This document shows, piece by piece, positions 1 through 9,970 of a stretch of 64,000 nucleotides of DNA. The position numbers and the translations under genes were made by a program. Numbering within the stretch: position 1 is the first letter of the stretch; each line of letters begins with the position of its first letter. The notes under the pieces were generated by a model. The model was not told the DNA's origin. It saw nothing but the letters and a program-made list of their open reading frames with translations, and made no database searches. The stretch comes from Dimorphilus gyrociliatus (taxonomy: Eukaryota; Animalia; Annelida). The stretch is from the NCBI GenBank assembly GCA_904063045.1, contig CAJFCJ010000006.1, forward strand, positions 3,798,408-3,862,407. Direction: 5' to 3'.

Positions 1-3000
1 ATATTCATATTAATAAAGGGCTTAAACAGACTTTCAACTAACCTTGAACTATTCCCCAAGGATATTGTCTAGCTCTGATAGTTTTACCACCTTGCTTAAT
101 CTCTTCCGTGCTACCGACAACCGCAAAAGGCATATCCTCCTAAAGTAGGTGATAAAAAAGAAACGTATTATTATAGAATAACAATGATTACTTGTAATAA
201 ATAGTTACATTGAATTTCTGATTAGCTTTGGCAACGATTGGGTCGTCAGTTGGACACTGATATATATGAACTTTATGCTCTTTAAGTTTTTGAATGATAT
301 TTGTCTTAAATTGCAGTAATTCCGGCTTAGTAATGGAATCGGCCTTGGCAATTATTGGAATTATATTGACTCTCTTTTCAAGAGCTTTCATAGTGGCAAT
401 GTCCAATTCCTTTAGTCTATAAAATGTAAATAAAAGGATAATAGTCAAGAAAACAGTTTATTAACTAAATTTACAAGGAGAGACACTTACGTTAAGCCGG
501 TTGGAGGAATGAAATATAAGCAAACATGAACCCTGGTATCGTGATAGGCGTGTAAAGCTCGTCTAACTTTTAACTCTTCTTGTAGATAGGATTCGAACTG
601 ATCTTCAATATATTTGACAATAGGTTTGTAACTGTTGAATAATTCCACTTATAAATTAGCATAAATCGATGATAAATGAAATATTCTACCTTTCTGATTT
701 GTCTATTTGGTCTGAGAAATTAACAGTATCAATAATAGTTAACTTTAAACGAACTTGCTTCTCTTGCATATCTATAAAAATACATAGTTGAAATATTATA
801 GTTAATACATATTGACATAGTTTAACATCTTTACCATGTCTATGCTCTTTTAGAGTAACTTCATTGTCATTGTGGGCAGCTGGTTTTGTATCAAAGTTCT
901 TCCTGAACAAAGTATCCATTAAAGTAGATTTTCCAATACCAGTTTCGCCTGTATTGTGAAGAATAGAATATAGTAAAAGATATCTAATTACTCTACTATT
1001 ACTGTCGGCAAAATATGCGAAAAATATACGAGATCGATAAGCTATTATAGATTCGAACCTACACATAGTATATTGAAATAATAGTAATTTGTTGCTTCAC
1101 TCCTCCATACTTGATCAGCTAAAGATTCGTTATCAAATACTATCATTTCATCTCTATTAAAAGATTTATATGCTGTTGGATCCTGTGCAATCATATCCTG
1201 AGTAAAATTTGAAGAATTTTTATTAAAAGCAGTCCTGAGTGATATATTAATATCATGAGAGCCGGCTGTACTATTTGCCGAATCAGAGATATCCATTGAT
1301 TGCATGCAATCTTCGTCAACTGTTAATGTATCTCCTAAACTCCTATGAGTAGAGGCTCTTTCATTAAATTCAACTATTAATGAATTGTCAACAAACGAAT
1401 CAGATTGATCAAACGTAAAACATCTACTTGTTAATTCACTGGTATTGCTAATAAACGATACGGGCTCCTCTCCCCTTGAATCGTTGCGAACCTTTTTGTG
1501 CATATGAACTTTTAAGAGATTCAATCGAGCGCCAGTCAGATGGCGCCTCGATAATAATAAGGTGATTTAATAGGTTATTTTTTTTTTTTGAATGTTTGAA
1601 AAATGATCTATTGCAAATTTCAAAATGGAATTTTGTCTTTTATCCTACAATTGTAAGCCCTACAGATCTTTATATTTTATACAAGATTGACATAACGTTT
1701 ACCTAGGCATAGTATATTAAGTGGAAATCCTCTTTCGACACATTTATTTACCAATTGATCTGGCAAAAGATCAAAACCAACGGGATCTTTGTCGGATATG
1801 ATGTATTCTTTGACACTATTACCATTGACCGCTGATTTGGATTCTTGCTTTCTAGGAGCCTGAGTTGGAGGTGCGGGTGGCTGTTAAATAAATATTTAAA
1901 AGTAATTTTTTTGTATTTTATAAACTTAAATAAACATGGCCAAATTTTTTTTTACAACTCATTTCGTATCTTTGTTTAATGAAATAGAATGAACACTAAT
2001 AGCACCAATTGGACGGGAAGGAAAAAAAGGAGGGAAAAAAGGGGAAAAAAGTCAAGGAACTTTCGAAGAAAATACAATATATATATATAAAAGAAATATG
2101 CTTGAATAAAATCGTAAAAGTAACGTTTTATAACTCAGTTTTAAATCTTAATGAATGTCTAAACTTGTTCAAATTTATGGCATAATACGTTTCGATCTCT
2201 TCTAAGAATCTCTCTTCTAATCCTGCAAATATGTTTGTCAGAGAAAAATGTATTGCTCTATCCCTTTCAGGTGATGAAACACCCATTAGACTTTCCATTT
2301 CATTTAAAGTCATTCTTAGGGCAGTATTCCATTCTGTGCATTCGATATCTAGTAAACTATTCATTTTCCACACATCTAAGGTTCCTATTCTACTAGTCGG
2401 TAGAAAATTAGTCACTCTATCATCTATATGTATATCTACTTTTCTCCTTAGGATCTTAGTCATGTCGATGAGAATACTATGCAAATTGAAAGAGCGCTTG
2501 TAAGCTAAGTTTATGGCTTGGTCTCTAATAAAAGTTCCCAAATCTAATATTTGAGCGATGCTCTTTGCAATATCTTTTGAATAGATTAGACTGAAGGTAA
2601 ACCACGAATTCGAAACTGTAACAGGCTTCACTTTGTTCGATCTGAGCCACAAAAGATAGGCCCACAACTGTTTATTATCAGAGCTAATAACGTCTGGAAC
2701 CCTAAAAAGGACGAATGGAATGCCGCCATTCATTCTCTGAATCACAAGGGAATTTTCGATGCTTAGTATTTTTCTTGCATTATCTGAGAATCCACTAGAT
2801 GGAAGGAGGATAGATAAATCCGTTTCTTTCCATCTCTTTACGCTCTTTCTGTCACTGCTTTCGTAGATAATATCCTTCGATATGCGTATGTATAATTGAA
2901 GATTGCGATGGGATGCTATTGTTTGATTTACTCTGTTTTCAAGCCGTAAATCGATGAGAACTGAAGTTGAAGTTAAACTGTTTGCATCGCAATCGAATAG

Positions 3001-3299
3001 ATCCACTGATTCTTCGCCAATCTCCATCAAATGCTTCTTCAATAATGTACTTGAAAGTGTATCATTTCCTACTATTGCGATTTTAAGATTTCTCGATGAA
3101 GAAAATAAAGAACAGAAAAGTAAAAAAATGGGAATGAGCATGGCTCAAAGGACCAATGAGAGGCTATAGAGCGAATGAGTCAGTGAGAGTTGCCTTAACC
3201 ATATATAGATATCTTTTCTGTGTAAAAATTAGCCAGTATTTATATTTAATTACTTACAGGAGCTTTGGGAGGGCCTTTCAACACATCCGGTCCAGACAT
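1..3299 (-). CDS. Septin of the SEPT6/8/10/11 group, multi-exon; 3' end runs off the left edge of the window
   Basis: Exon 3258-3299 ([14 protein letters not shown], donor GTAAGT); exon 1703-1880 (..[26 protein letters not shown]); exon from 948 with P-loop [15 protein letters not shown]; then [48 protein letters not shown]4 IIPIIAKAD and [30 protein letters not shown]. Splice phases checked are compatible. Confidence 0.93.
1059..1503 (-). CDS. Alternative first coding exon of the septin (148 aa, Ser/Asp-rich, ends ..[22 protein letters not shown]|G)
   Basis: ATG at 1503 (the ORF-track start at 1524 is TTG). The phase-1 donor at 1058 fits the same acceptor (949/948) as exon 1703-1880, and the 3' end resembles the septin alpha0/beta1 segment. 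Confidence 0.7.
1524..1552. promoter_or_regulatory. Imperfect inverted repeat containing a CTCF-like core (CAGATGGCGCC) just upstream of the alternative septin exon; putative internal promoter element
   Basis: ATCGAGCGCCA gtcaga TGGCGCCTCGAT; a GC-rich island in AT-rich DNA, 20-50 nt upstream of ATG 1503. Confidence 0.4.
2128..3141 (-). CDS. Intronless degenerate extended/atypical SDR (NAD-dependent epimerase-like fold) with signal peptide and C-terminal KTEL; nested in septin intron 1
   Basis: 337-aa ORF; hydrophobic N-terminus [15 protein letters not shown]; Rossmann-like [19 protein letters not shown]; SDR-like [39 protein letters not shown] and DQAINLA; ends KTEL. Confidence 0.72.
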   Translation of the reverse strand: MLIPIFLLFCSLFSSSRNLKIAIVGNDTLSSTLLKKHLMEIGEESVDLFDCDANSLTSTSVLIDLRLENRVNQTIASHRNLQLYIRISKDIIYESSDRKSVKRWKETDLSILLPSSGFSDNARKILSIENSLVIQRMNGGIPFVLFRVPDVISSDNKQLWAYLLWLRSNKVKPVTVSNSWFTFSLIYSKDIAKSIAQILDLGTFIRDQAINLAYKRSFNLHSILIDMTKILRRKVDIHIDDRVTNFLPTSRIGTLDVWKMNSLLDIECTEWNTALRMTLNEMESLMGVSSPERDRAIHFSLTNIFAGLEERFLEEIETYYAINLNKFRHSLRFKTEL

Positions 3300-3603
3300 A
3301 ATATCTCTATTTAAATTCAACCGGCTGCAATTAGTAAAATCAAAAACAAAAAACAACGATATGATTGGGGCAATTCCGGGTTTCACAAGGTTTAATTTTA
3401 GACTGGTCTGTGCTCCTCTACCATAAAGACATAAATATATATTTAACTTTTAAAATATTTTTATTAAAAAATTAATTCTCCTTTTAAATAATTAGGAATA
3501 AACAAAATATGCGAAAATAATTCGAATTTTCAATATGCAGCCATACTAAAAATTAGAAATGGCGGTGTAAACAAATTAAAAAATTTTTAGCTGAATATAA
3601 AAT

Positions 3604-4836
3604 ATGCCAAAATCTAGCCGATCTCAAATTAGAGCGGCGAGAAGAGCGTCCGAAATTGCTAAACAACGACGACAGATTAATAAACTATCCAATCATTTAA
3701 ATGAAGAAACACCCGTACTTCTAAATGAAAATCAATTAAGTAGGAATAGCGGAGGACACAAAGAGTCAGAAAAAGTAGTTGAAACAATTATTGAACTGCC
3801 AGAAGGTGAGTTTTCTATTTTAAAGACATTTCGAGACAAATAGATAAAAGCAAAAATTTCTCCAGGCAAAGATTTTACAATTCATGCAGAGCGTGAAGAA
3901 GGAGAGTTCAAATCACTTCATATTAAAGAAAAGGAAAAGAATTCCAATTGTGACAATTGCTTTAAATTAAAGCAAACCATTAAGGCTTTAAGACGCAAAA
4001 TATTACATATTCAAGCATTATCGTCTAAGAAACCACGAGAAAAGAAGAGGTATGAAATTTATACTGATATGAAAATTGTCTGGAAAACTGACAGTCTACT
4101 AGCGGTGAAGCGTAAAGATAAAACTCAATACTACATGAAAATTGGAATACCTCAGAAAGTTTCAAAGAGGAAAGCATCAAATGACTGTTGGTCAGAATAT
4201 ATGCACAAACTTTTACAAATAGCCAGTGGATCTATTCAGGAAAATGAAATGGCCATGGTTTTGAGTAACTATATAAAACAGCATAGATCTTTAGCCGAGA
4301 TTGCTATTGCCGAAGCCAGTATGAAATTATTTAAGAAGTTAGACGTTGAATCGTCAGTAAAGCTTAAACAAGAAATGGATTGGTCATCTTGGAAAGTGAG
4401 AAAATTTCGAAAGCTGCTGTCTGAGAGAGGAATCAAAAATTTTCTAGCCAGTGAAAAATCTATGTCTGAATATGAGAGAACTAGGCCGAAACAAATAAGA
4501 AAACCCATGGAATTGGAACCTTCTCCCTATACTGAAGTTAGTCATGTACATCCATCTAACGAAGCAGTCAAGTCTTCGTGTACTTATTGTCCTCCCCAAA
4601 TGCCAGCTTATCATAATGCTCCACAGCATTTCCAACGAAATGCTCCTGTTCATTTACCCCAAATCGCTCAAGCCCTGCCACATCATAATACAACATGGAC
4701 TAATTCTCCTATGGTGAACGGCTGGCAAACACCAACAAATGACTGTCACCATAATTTTCACTTTATTCCCAGTAATCCTGGTCCTGAACAATGGCAATTT
4801 CCACACAGTGGTACTTTCTGGAATCAACATGTATAA
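3604..4836 (+). CDS. Two-exon uncharacterised protein (~390 aa): CxxC plus coiled coil, helical segment resembling RAG1/Transib-type transposase N-terminal core, P/H/Q-rich tail
   Basis: Exon 3604-3805 (donor GTGAG) joins exon 3866-4836 (acceptor ttctccAG) in frame; contains CDNCFKLKQTIKALRRKI and LDVESSVKLKQEMDWSSWKVRKFRKLLSERGIKNFLASEK. The family assignment is from memory only. Confidence 0.65.
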
Positions 4837-5801
4837 TATTCTGCATTGTATATATTCCTCTATTCATAGCGAATATCATAAAATGTTACAAAATGTTTAC
4901 AATAAAGTATCAACAATTCTAGTAAGATATTGTTACAAGAAAGCAATTTATTCAGCAGGGAAAGATAATTATATGCAAATGAGGTCCAAATGACGCTGCA
5001 TACAAGCATATGAATACTTTGTCAGATGGAAATTGCAGTGACTGGAAAAAAAAAACAATTTATAGATAATTTGAAGTACAGAAAAACTTCAGATACCATC
5101 AAAAGACTAACATAATTTAGGTTGGAAAGTTTAGAATATCTTAATTTTTGCTTAAAGAGTGTATAGTAAAGATTGAAGTTGCAGAGCATCTCCTCAAAAG
5201 AGTAATTTTGAAAGTTAACTCTTCTAAGAAAAGTTACAAATATTCCCAAGAATTCCTTTTGAGATTAACTTCATCAGTCTTGATAATTTGATTAATAGTT
5301 TAATAACATTTTAAACAGAGTTTCACAATCAATGAGTCCTGATTTGCATGAAGAATATCTCATTCTAGAACTGAGACTCATACCATAAACTGTCGTAATC
5401 TATTTTAACTCTGGTAACTCTATATATGACCGGATCATTACATTCTCTACACATTCTAATCTTGCAGATAGTACTCATTCAATGCTGAAAGTATTAGATT
5501 TTGAAATTACTGGTTTTTCTGTCCTCTTTCGGGAATTGGTTGCCGACCAGCTTATAGCTATTTTATTATTAATTATACGGACTGATGCAATAGGTAGGTT
5601 ATAAGTTGCATAACAGTATGACCCATATTGAATGAATTATATAAGACTTTGTTTTGTTTCTCTTTCTTATGCGTTTAAAGACTTCACTTTTAGTTTGTTT
5701 AACAATTCTAGAACAATTAAATAGCATATTATCGTAAATCACATAATTTTCAAGAAAATATTTAATAGGAGCGATAAAAGTCAATATTGAAACCGTAATA
5801 A

Positions 5802-6290
5802 TTAATCTTTTCTTAATTTCCTTTTATCATCTGGTGCATTTACATTTTCTCTTTTATAAAACTGTTTTAAAAGATTTATAGCTTCTTCAGCACGAACTCC
5901 GCCAATGACTTCTTGATCCGATGAACATACACTAAAAACAGACTCACAACCACCGAATCTATCATTATTGCATCCATAAGTTATCTTCTTCAACCCTACT
6001 AATTTAAGGGCTGAAGCGCACATAATACACGGCTCAACTGTTACATACAATTCAGAATTTTTAAGTACCATTTCGCTATCTAAATTATTTTCTTGAGAAA
6101 ATTTTATTACTTTATCAATAGCAATCATTTCAGCGTGTCTCGTTGCGTTCTTCGTTTCATTGACTTCGTTACTTCCAGTTGCTATACATTTATTATCGAA
6201 AACAATGACGCATCCTACTGGTACTTCGAAATTTTCAAGTGCCAACTTGGCAACTGTAAATGCTTCATTCATCCAGTCAATTTCACTCAT
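5802..6290 (-). CDS. ADAT2: tRNA-specific adenosine-34 deaminase catalytic subunit (intronless)
   Basis: EVPVGCV, NATRHAE (HxE), VTVEPCIMC (PCxxC), YGCNNDRFGGC, and eukaryotic ADAT2-type C-terminus LLKQFYKRENVNAP. Confidence 0.95.
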   Translation of the reverse strand: MSEIDWMNEAFTVAKLALENFEVPVGCVIVFDNKCIATGSNEVNETKNATRHAEMIAIDKVIKFSQENNLDSEMVLKNSELYVTVEPCIMCASALKLVGLKKITYGCNNDRFGGCESVFSVCSSDQEVIGGVRAEEAINLLKQFYKRENVNAPDDKRKLRKD

Positions 6291-6652
6291 AATCCTTCAA
6301 TTTTCTTTCCAATAGTTTAGGATTAGCTTTATGTTTCATAAGAAATTTTCCGTTCAGATAAAAGACTGGTATATCATACCGATATTTATCAAACCACTCT
6401 TGATTTTCTGGTTTTGTAATATCCACCTCTTCCAATACAAACTGATAAAAGAAATGTATAGTTTTACTTCAGCAAGATTATATTTTATATCAAACTAATT
6501 CTTACCCGGCTCGCCAAATGGTTTAATTCTGCTTTGGCAATGTCACAAAGTTCACAATCTTCTTTTGTGTAAAGAGTTAAAATAGGACGATTTATCGCGG
6601 AAGAACTACATAAACGTCTAAATATCGGTATTAGTTGAGAATGTTTTAACAT
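6283..6652 (-). CDS. C5orf63: Glutaredoxin-like protein (C5orf63/YDR286C family) with probable mitochondrial targeting peptide; 2 exons; absent from the ORF track
   Basis: Exon 6506-6652 MLKHSQLIPIFRRLCSSSAINRPILTLYTKEDCELCDIAKAELNHLASR; exon 6283-6441 FVLEEVDITKPENQEWFDKYRYDIPVFYLNGKFLMKHKANPKLLERKLKDYE*; phase-0 GTAAG..ATCAG intron. Confidence 0.9.
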
Positions 6653-6865
6653 TAGTAAGTTTAATACAACAATATTCTGAATATGAATTGCAAACGTGCA
6701 AAAAAAATCAAATACCCGTTTATTTAGTATTTAATGAATGTTTTGCATAAGCAAATTAGGCTTATATCAAAAAACTTTTCGATTAAAGATAATCAGTTCA
6801 CTAGATTGTATTAAGAGAATTTTCTAAGAAAGGAAAAGAATTTTTTGATTATATGGTCATTTAAT

Positions 6866-8914
6866 TTATTTTTTTTCGAATATTTTTGCGGCTGCTGGAT
6901 TCTCTTTCGCCCATTTTTCTCCAGTATTTTCTTTCACCCATTGCTTATCACTTCTTAAAGCGGAAAATAGATTTTTAACATCATCTTCAAGAGTACAAGT
7001 TTCAACGGCAAATTCAATTTCATCATCTTAAAAAAGAATAATAAATAATTGGTTAAAAAAAAAAGAATATTAAAAAATCTGTTATAAAATCCCACAAACC
7101 AATATCAGATGTTAAACTCTCCAAAATTCTAGGTTGTTCTGTTGGATTTAAGGCCAAAATAATTCTCTCTAATGCTAATTAAAGAGTTTAGAATTAATTA
7201 GTAAACTTTAAAATATTTTTAAATTAAGCTAACTAACCTAAATCAATAGTTGGTTGTGGAAACGCATAAATTACACGAAAGAAACCATAATCAAGATTCG
7301 AATACATATATCCAGGTGTAATGCACACGCCAAATTTTAGCAAACGCTTATAAATATTCTTTTCAGCTTCGATTGTCTTCTCAGGCATATACTAAAAATA
7401 ATAAGAGAAATAATTGATAAAAACAATATTTACTTTAGATCAAAATACATGGGTACCTTAGAAAAATCTGCCCAAACGTAGAAACCGCTTATTGTATCTT
7501 TACAAACGGCTACGCCTATATCTGCCAATCGTTTCGTAAAATAATCCTTAGCTTTTTTAAGTCGTTCGTTACTTTCTTTGATGATTTTCTTACATTGAAC
7601 TTGAAAAATTTCGTTTTTTTTTCATTAATAACTTTTTCTAATGAAAAATTTACTAAAATATTTATTTTACCTCTATCGATAAATAGGGAACTGCAAATAT
7701 TCCTTATGTACAATGGTACACTATTATAAACAGCCATTCTAGATGCTAACTTTAAAACAGCTGTATTAAAGCTACATAGAACCCCAAGTCTAAATCCTGG
7801 GACAGAAAAATTTTTGCTTAAACCCCAAGTAATATGAACATACGGATTGTCGGGTTTTACAAGGCTGAAAACGCTTTGAAAACTCTCTTTATCTTCATAA
7901 ACAGTAAGGTTGTAAGCCTCGTCAACAATGAGATGTAATTCATTTCTAGATTTTAATAAACAATATGTTTAAATAATATATATTTACATATCTGTTTTTG
8001 TTTTTTTAAAAAATAAACAAAATATAACATACTCTTGGCACCAATCAATTAAATCCAAAATGTGGTCTTTTCCCACAACTTTTCCAGTTGGATTATTGGG
8101 ATTGAAGATACAAACCGCACGAACATTAATACCCTAAGAAATAATTACGGATATTTAATGAAAACATATATTTTTCTTTAAAAAAAACTTACGTCTTGTC
8201 TTGCTTTTTCTAAAGCTTTATTAAAACATTCTGACATCTTTTCGGTTCCATCATGATAAACAGGAATCAGCGAGACGTTAGGCTTTAATCCAGCATCGTC
8301 GTTGAAATTGTAATAATACGGAGCCAAAACTAAAAAAGCGTCTCCTTTATCTGCTATAGCAAACGAAATTATTTCATTTGCCGAGCCTACCCCAGATGTA
8401 AGTATTAACTGATAAAAAAGAGTGTAGATTATTTTACGTTGTATACTAAACAAGAATAACTTACGTTACTCTCTGAGATATTAGATGAAAATTCATCTTG
8501 GAGGAATTTGGTAATAAGTGTCGTTATTCCAGTTTCTCTGAATAGATTAAGGTTTCAAAGGTTTTTGTTTCTAATTTTTAGTGTTTAATTTACAAACCCA
8601 ACTGATGATGAAAAGTTAGTGTAGCGTATATGTTCTACTGATATCTTTGGCAAATTCTGATTCAAGACAGGCAATAGAAGATCATCGCATAAGGCATTTT
8701 CGGCTGGTCCAAGGTCTATTAGTCCCTTTAGAACAATCAGAAAAATTGTACAACCTAAATTTCGAACACTGTAATAACATACTTGTTTGCAATGAATAGG
8801 ATGGTATGTGCGACAGTCCGTGCTGGTTACCTCTAGCAATTCCTCAAAGTGTCCCCCTTCTTCAACATGAGCTCTGCTTGTTTTGGAGAGGAGCTTAATA
8901 TGTTGCTTGTCCAT
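6866..8914 (-). CDS. ACCS: ACC synthase-like PLP-dependent aminotransferase class I/II protein, multi-exon
   Basis: GLIDLGPAENALCDDLL, FLVLAPYYYNF, NNPTGKV, LIVDEAY, and PLP-lysine motif ITWGLSKNFSVPGFRLG; last exon ends AKIFEKK* at 6866. Confidence 0.85.
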
Positions 8915-9682
8915 GGCTCGTACAATTCAGGTTAAGGTTTTGTATAATAAATTTCAGCAGACGACAAAACTTACGAGAAACCTTTCAATCAGCCTATTAA
9001 ATCATAACAAAGTTACTTCATAATAGTCGTACGTCCTACATTTTGCATATTTCATAAATTATTCATTTATTTTTGTCTATTTTTTATTTCTGAGCTATCG
9101 ATCTCTATAACTGATATAATACAAAGATAATATTTAATTTCTTTCGCTTACTGTACTCATTCAGTCATGACTAAGGGTTTTTCGATAAAATAAGCCGAAT
9201 TACGAAAAGTAGATTTGATAGACAATTATCTAAGTACGCGTGTCAGAAGACAAATTACTTATGGCCTGTGTTTTGCACGAATTAATTTAACGATGAAAAT
9301 ATAGGAAGATTTTATTTTAATTTTCTTGACGAAGATTGATCTTAAAAAAACAGTATACTTTTCAATAAATTTTATCATTTCCAAGAAAGTAATATAATTA
9401 TCAATTAGTCTTTGACAAATCCCTAACTCCAATATTATATACGAATAAAGTGTAACATTGTAATGTAATAAATGTTTTGACAATTCGATTATCAATTTGT
9501 TTTATTGTGTCAATTTAGCAGTTTTAAGAGCATTAGAGTAAAAAATTAGAGCGAATTACAAATGGTAAAATTTATTCAAGAGCCACTCTATTACTGTAAT
9601 TTTTTCAAGTGTTCATCATATGAGATCAAACGTCATATAAGGAAGTAAGTAAGACCTGCGGTTTTTGTAATTCACCTGAGAA

Positions 9683-9697
9683 CAGGAAGTCACGTGA
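9683..9697 (+). promoter_or_regulatory. Overlapping ETS-like (CAGGAAGT) and E-box (TCACGTGA) motifs in the ACCS/NBEA divergent promoter
   Basis: CAGGAAGTCACGTGA about 275 nt upstream of the NBEA ATG; motif match only. Confidence 0.35.
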
Positions 9698-9970
9698 AGA
9701 TAGTTTCGTACAAATTCATACTTTTTGAGAAGAGTAATAGAAATAATCGCTTTTTAAATATTTACTTCTGATAGAAAGTATAAGAAATTTATTAACTTTA
9801 AATATTCATAATAGGTGTTGAAGAGTTAACATTTTTTTTCTCTGCGGAGCACCGGAAACAGCGTCATATTTTTCGACGCTCCTGCCTGGAAGTGAATATA
9901 TACTTTTTTGACGTGGACAGCCGTTAATACGACCTGAACATCATCTTAGACTCCATGTTTTGACCCTGAC

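Noticed and set aside
4804-4810. CACAGTG (RSS heptamer / Transib TIR start) near the end of the RAG1-like ORF
   Set aside because: It lies within coding sequence (PHSG), has no nonamer at 12 or 23 bp, and has no inverted partner upstream; likely chance
4990-5790. Short ORFs and a possible acceptor (ttttttccAG near 5040) between the 3604 gene and ADAT2
   Set aside because: I could not assemble a coherent spliced reading frame or recognise any motif; left unannotated
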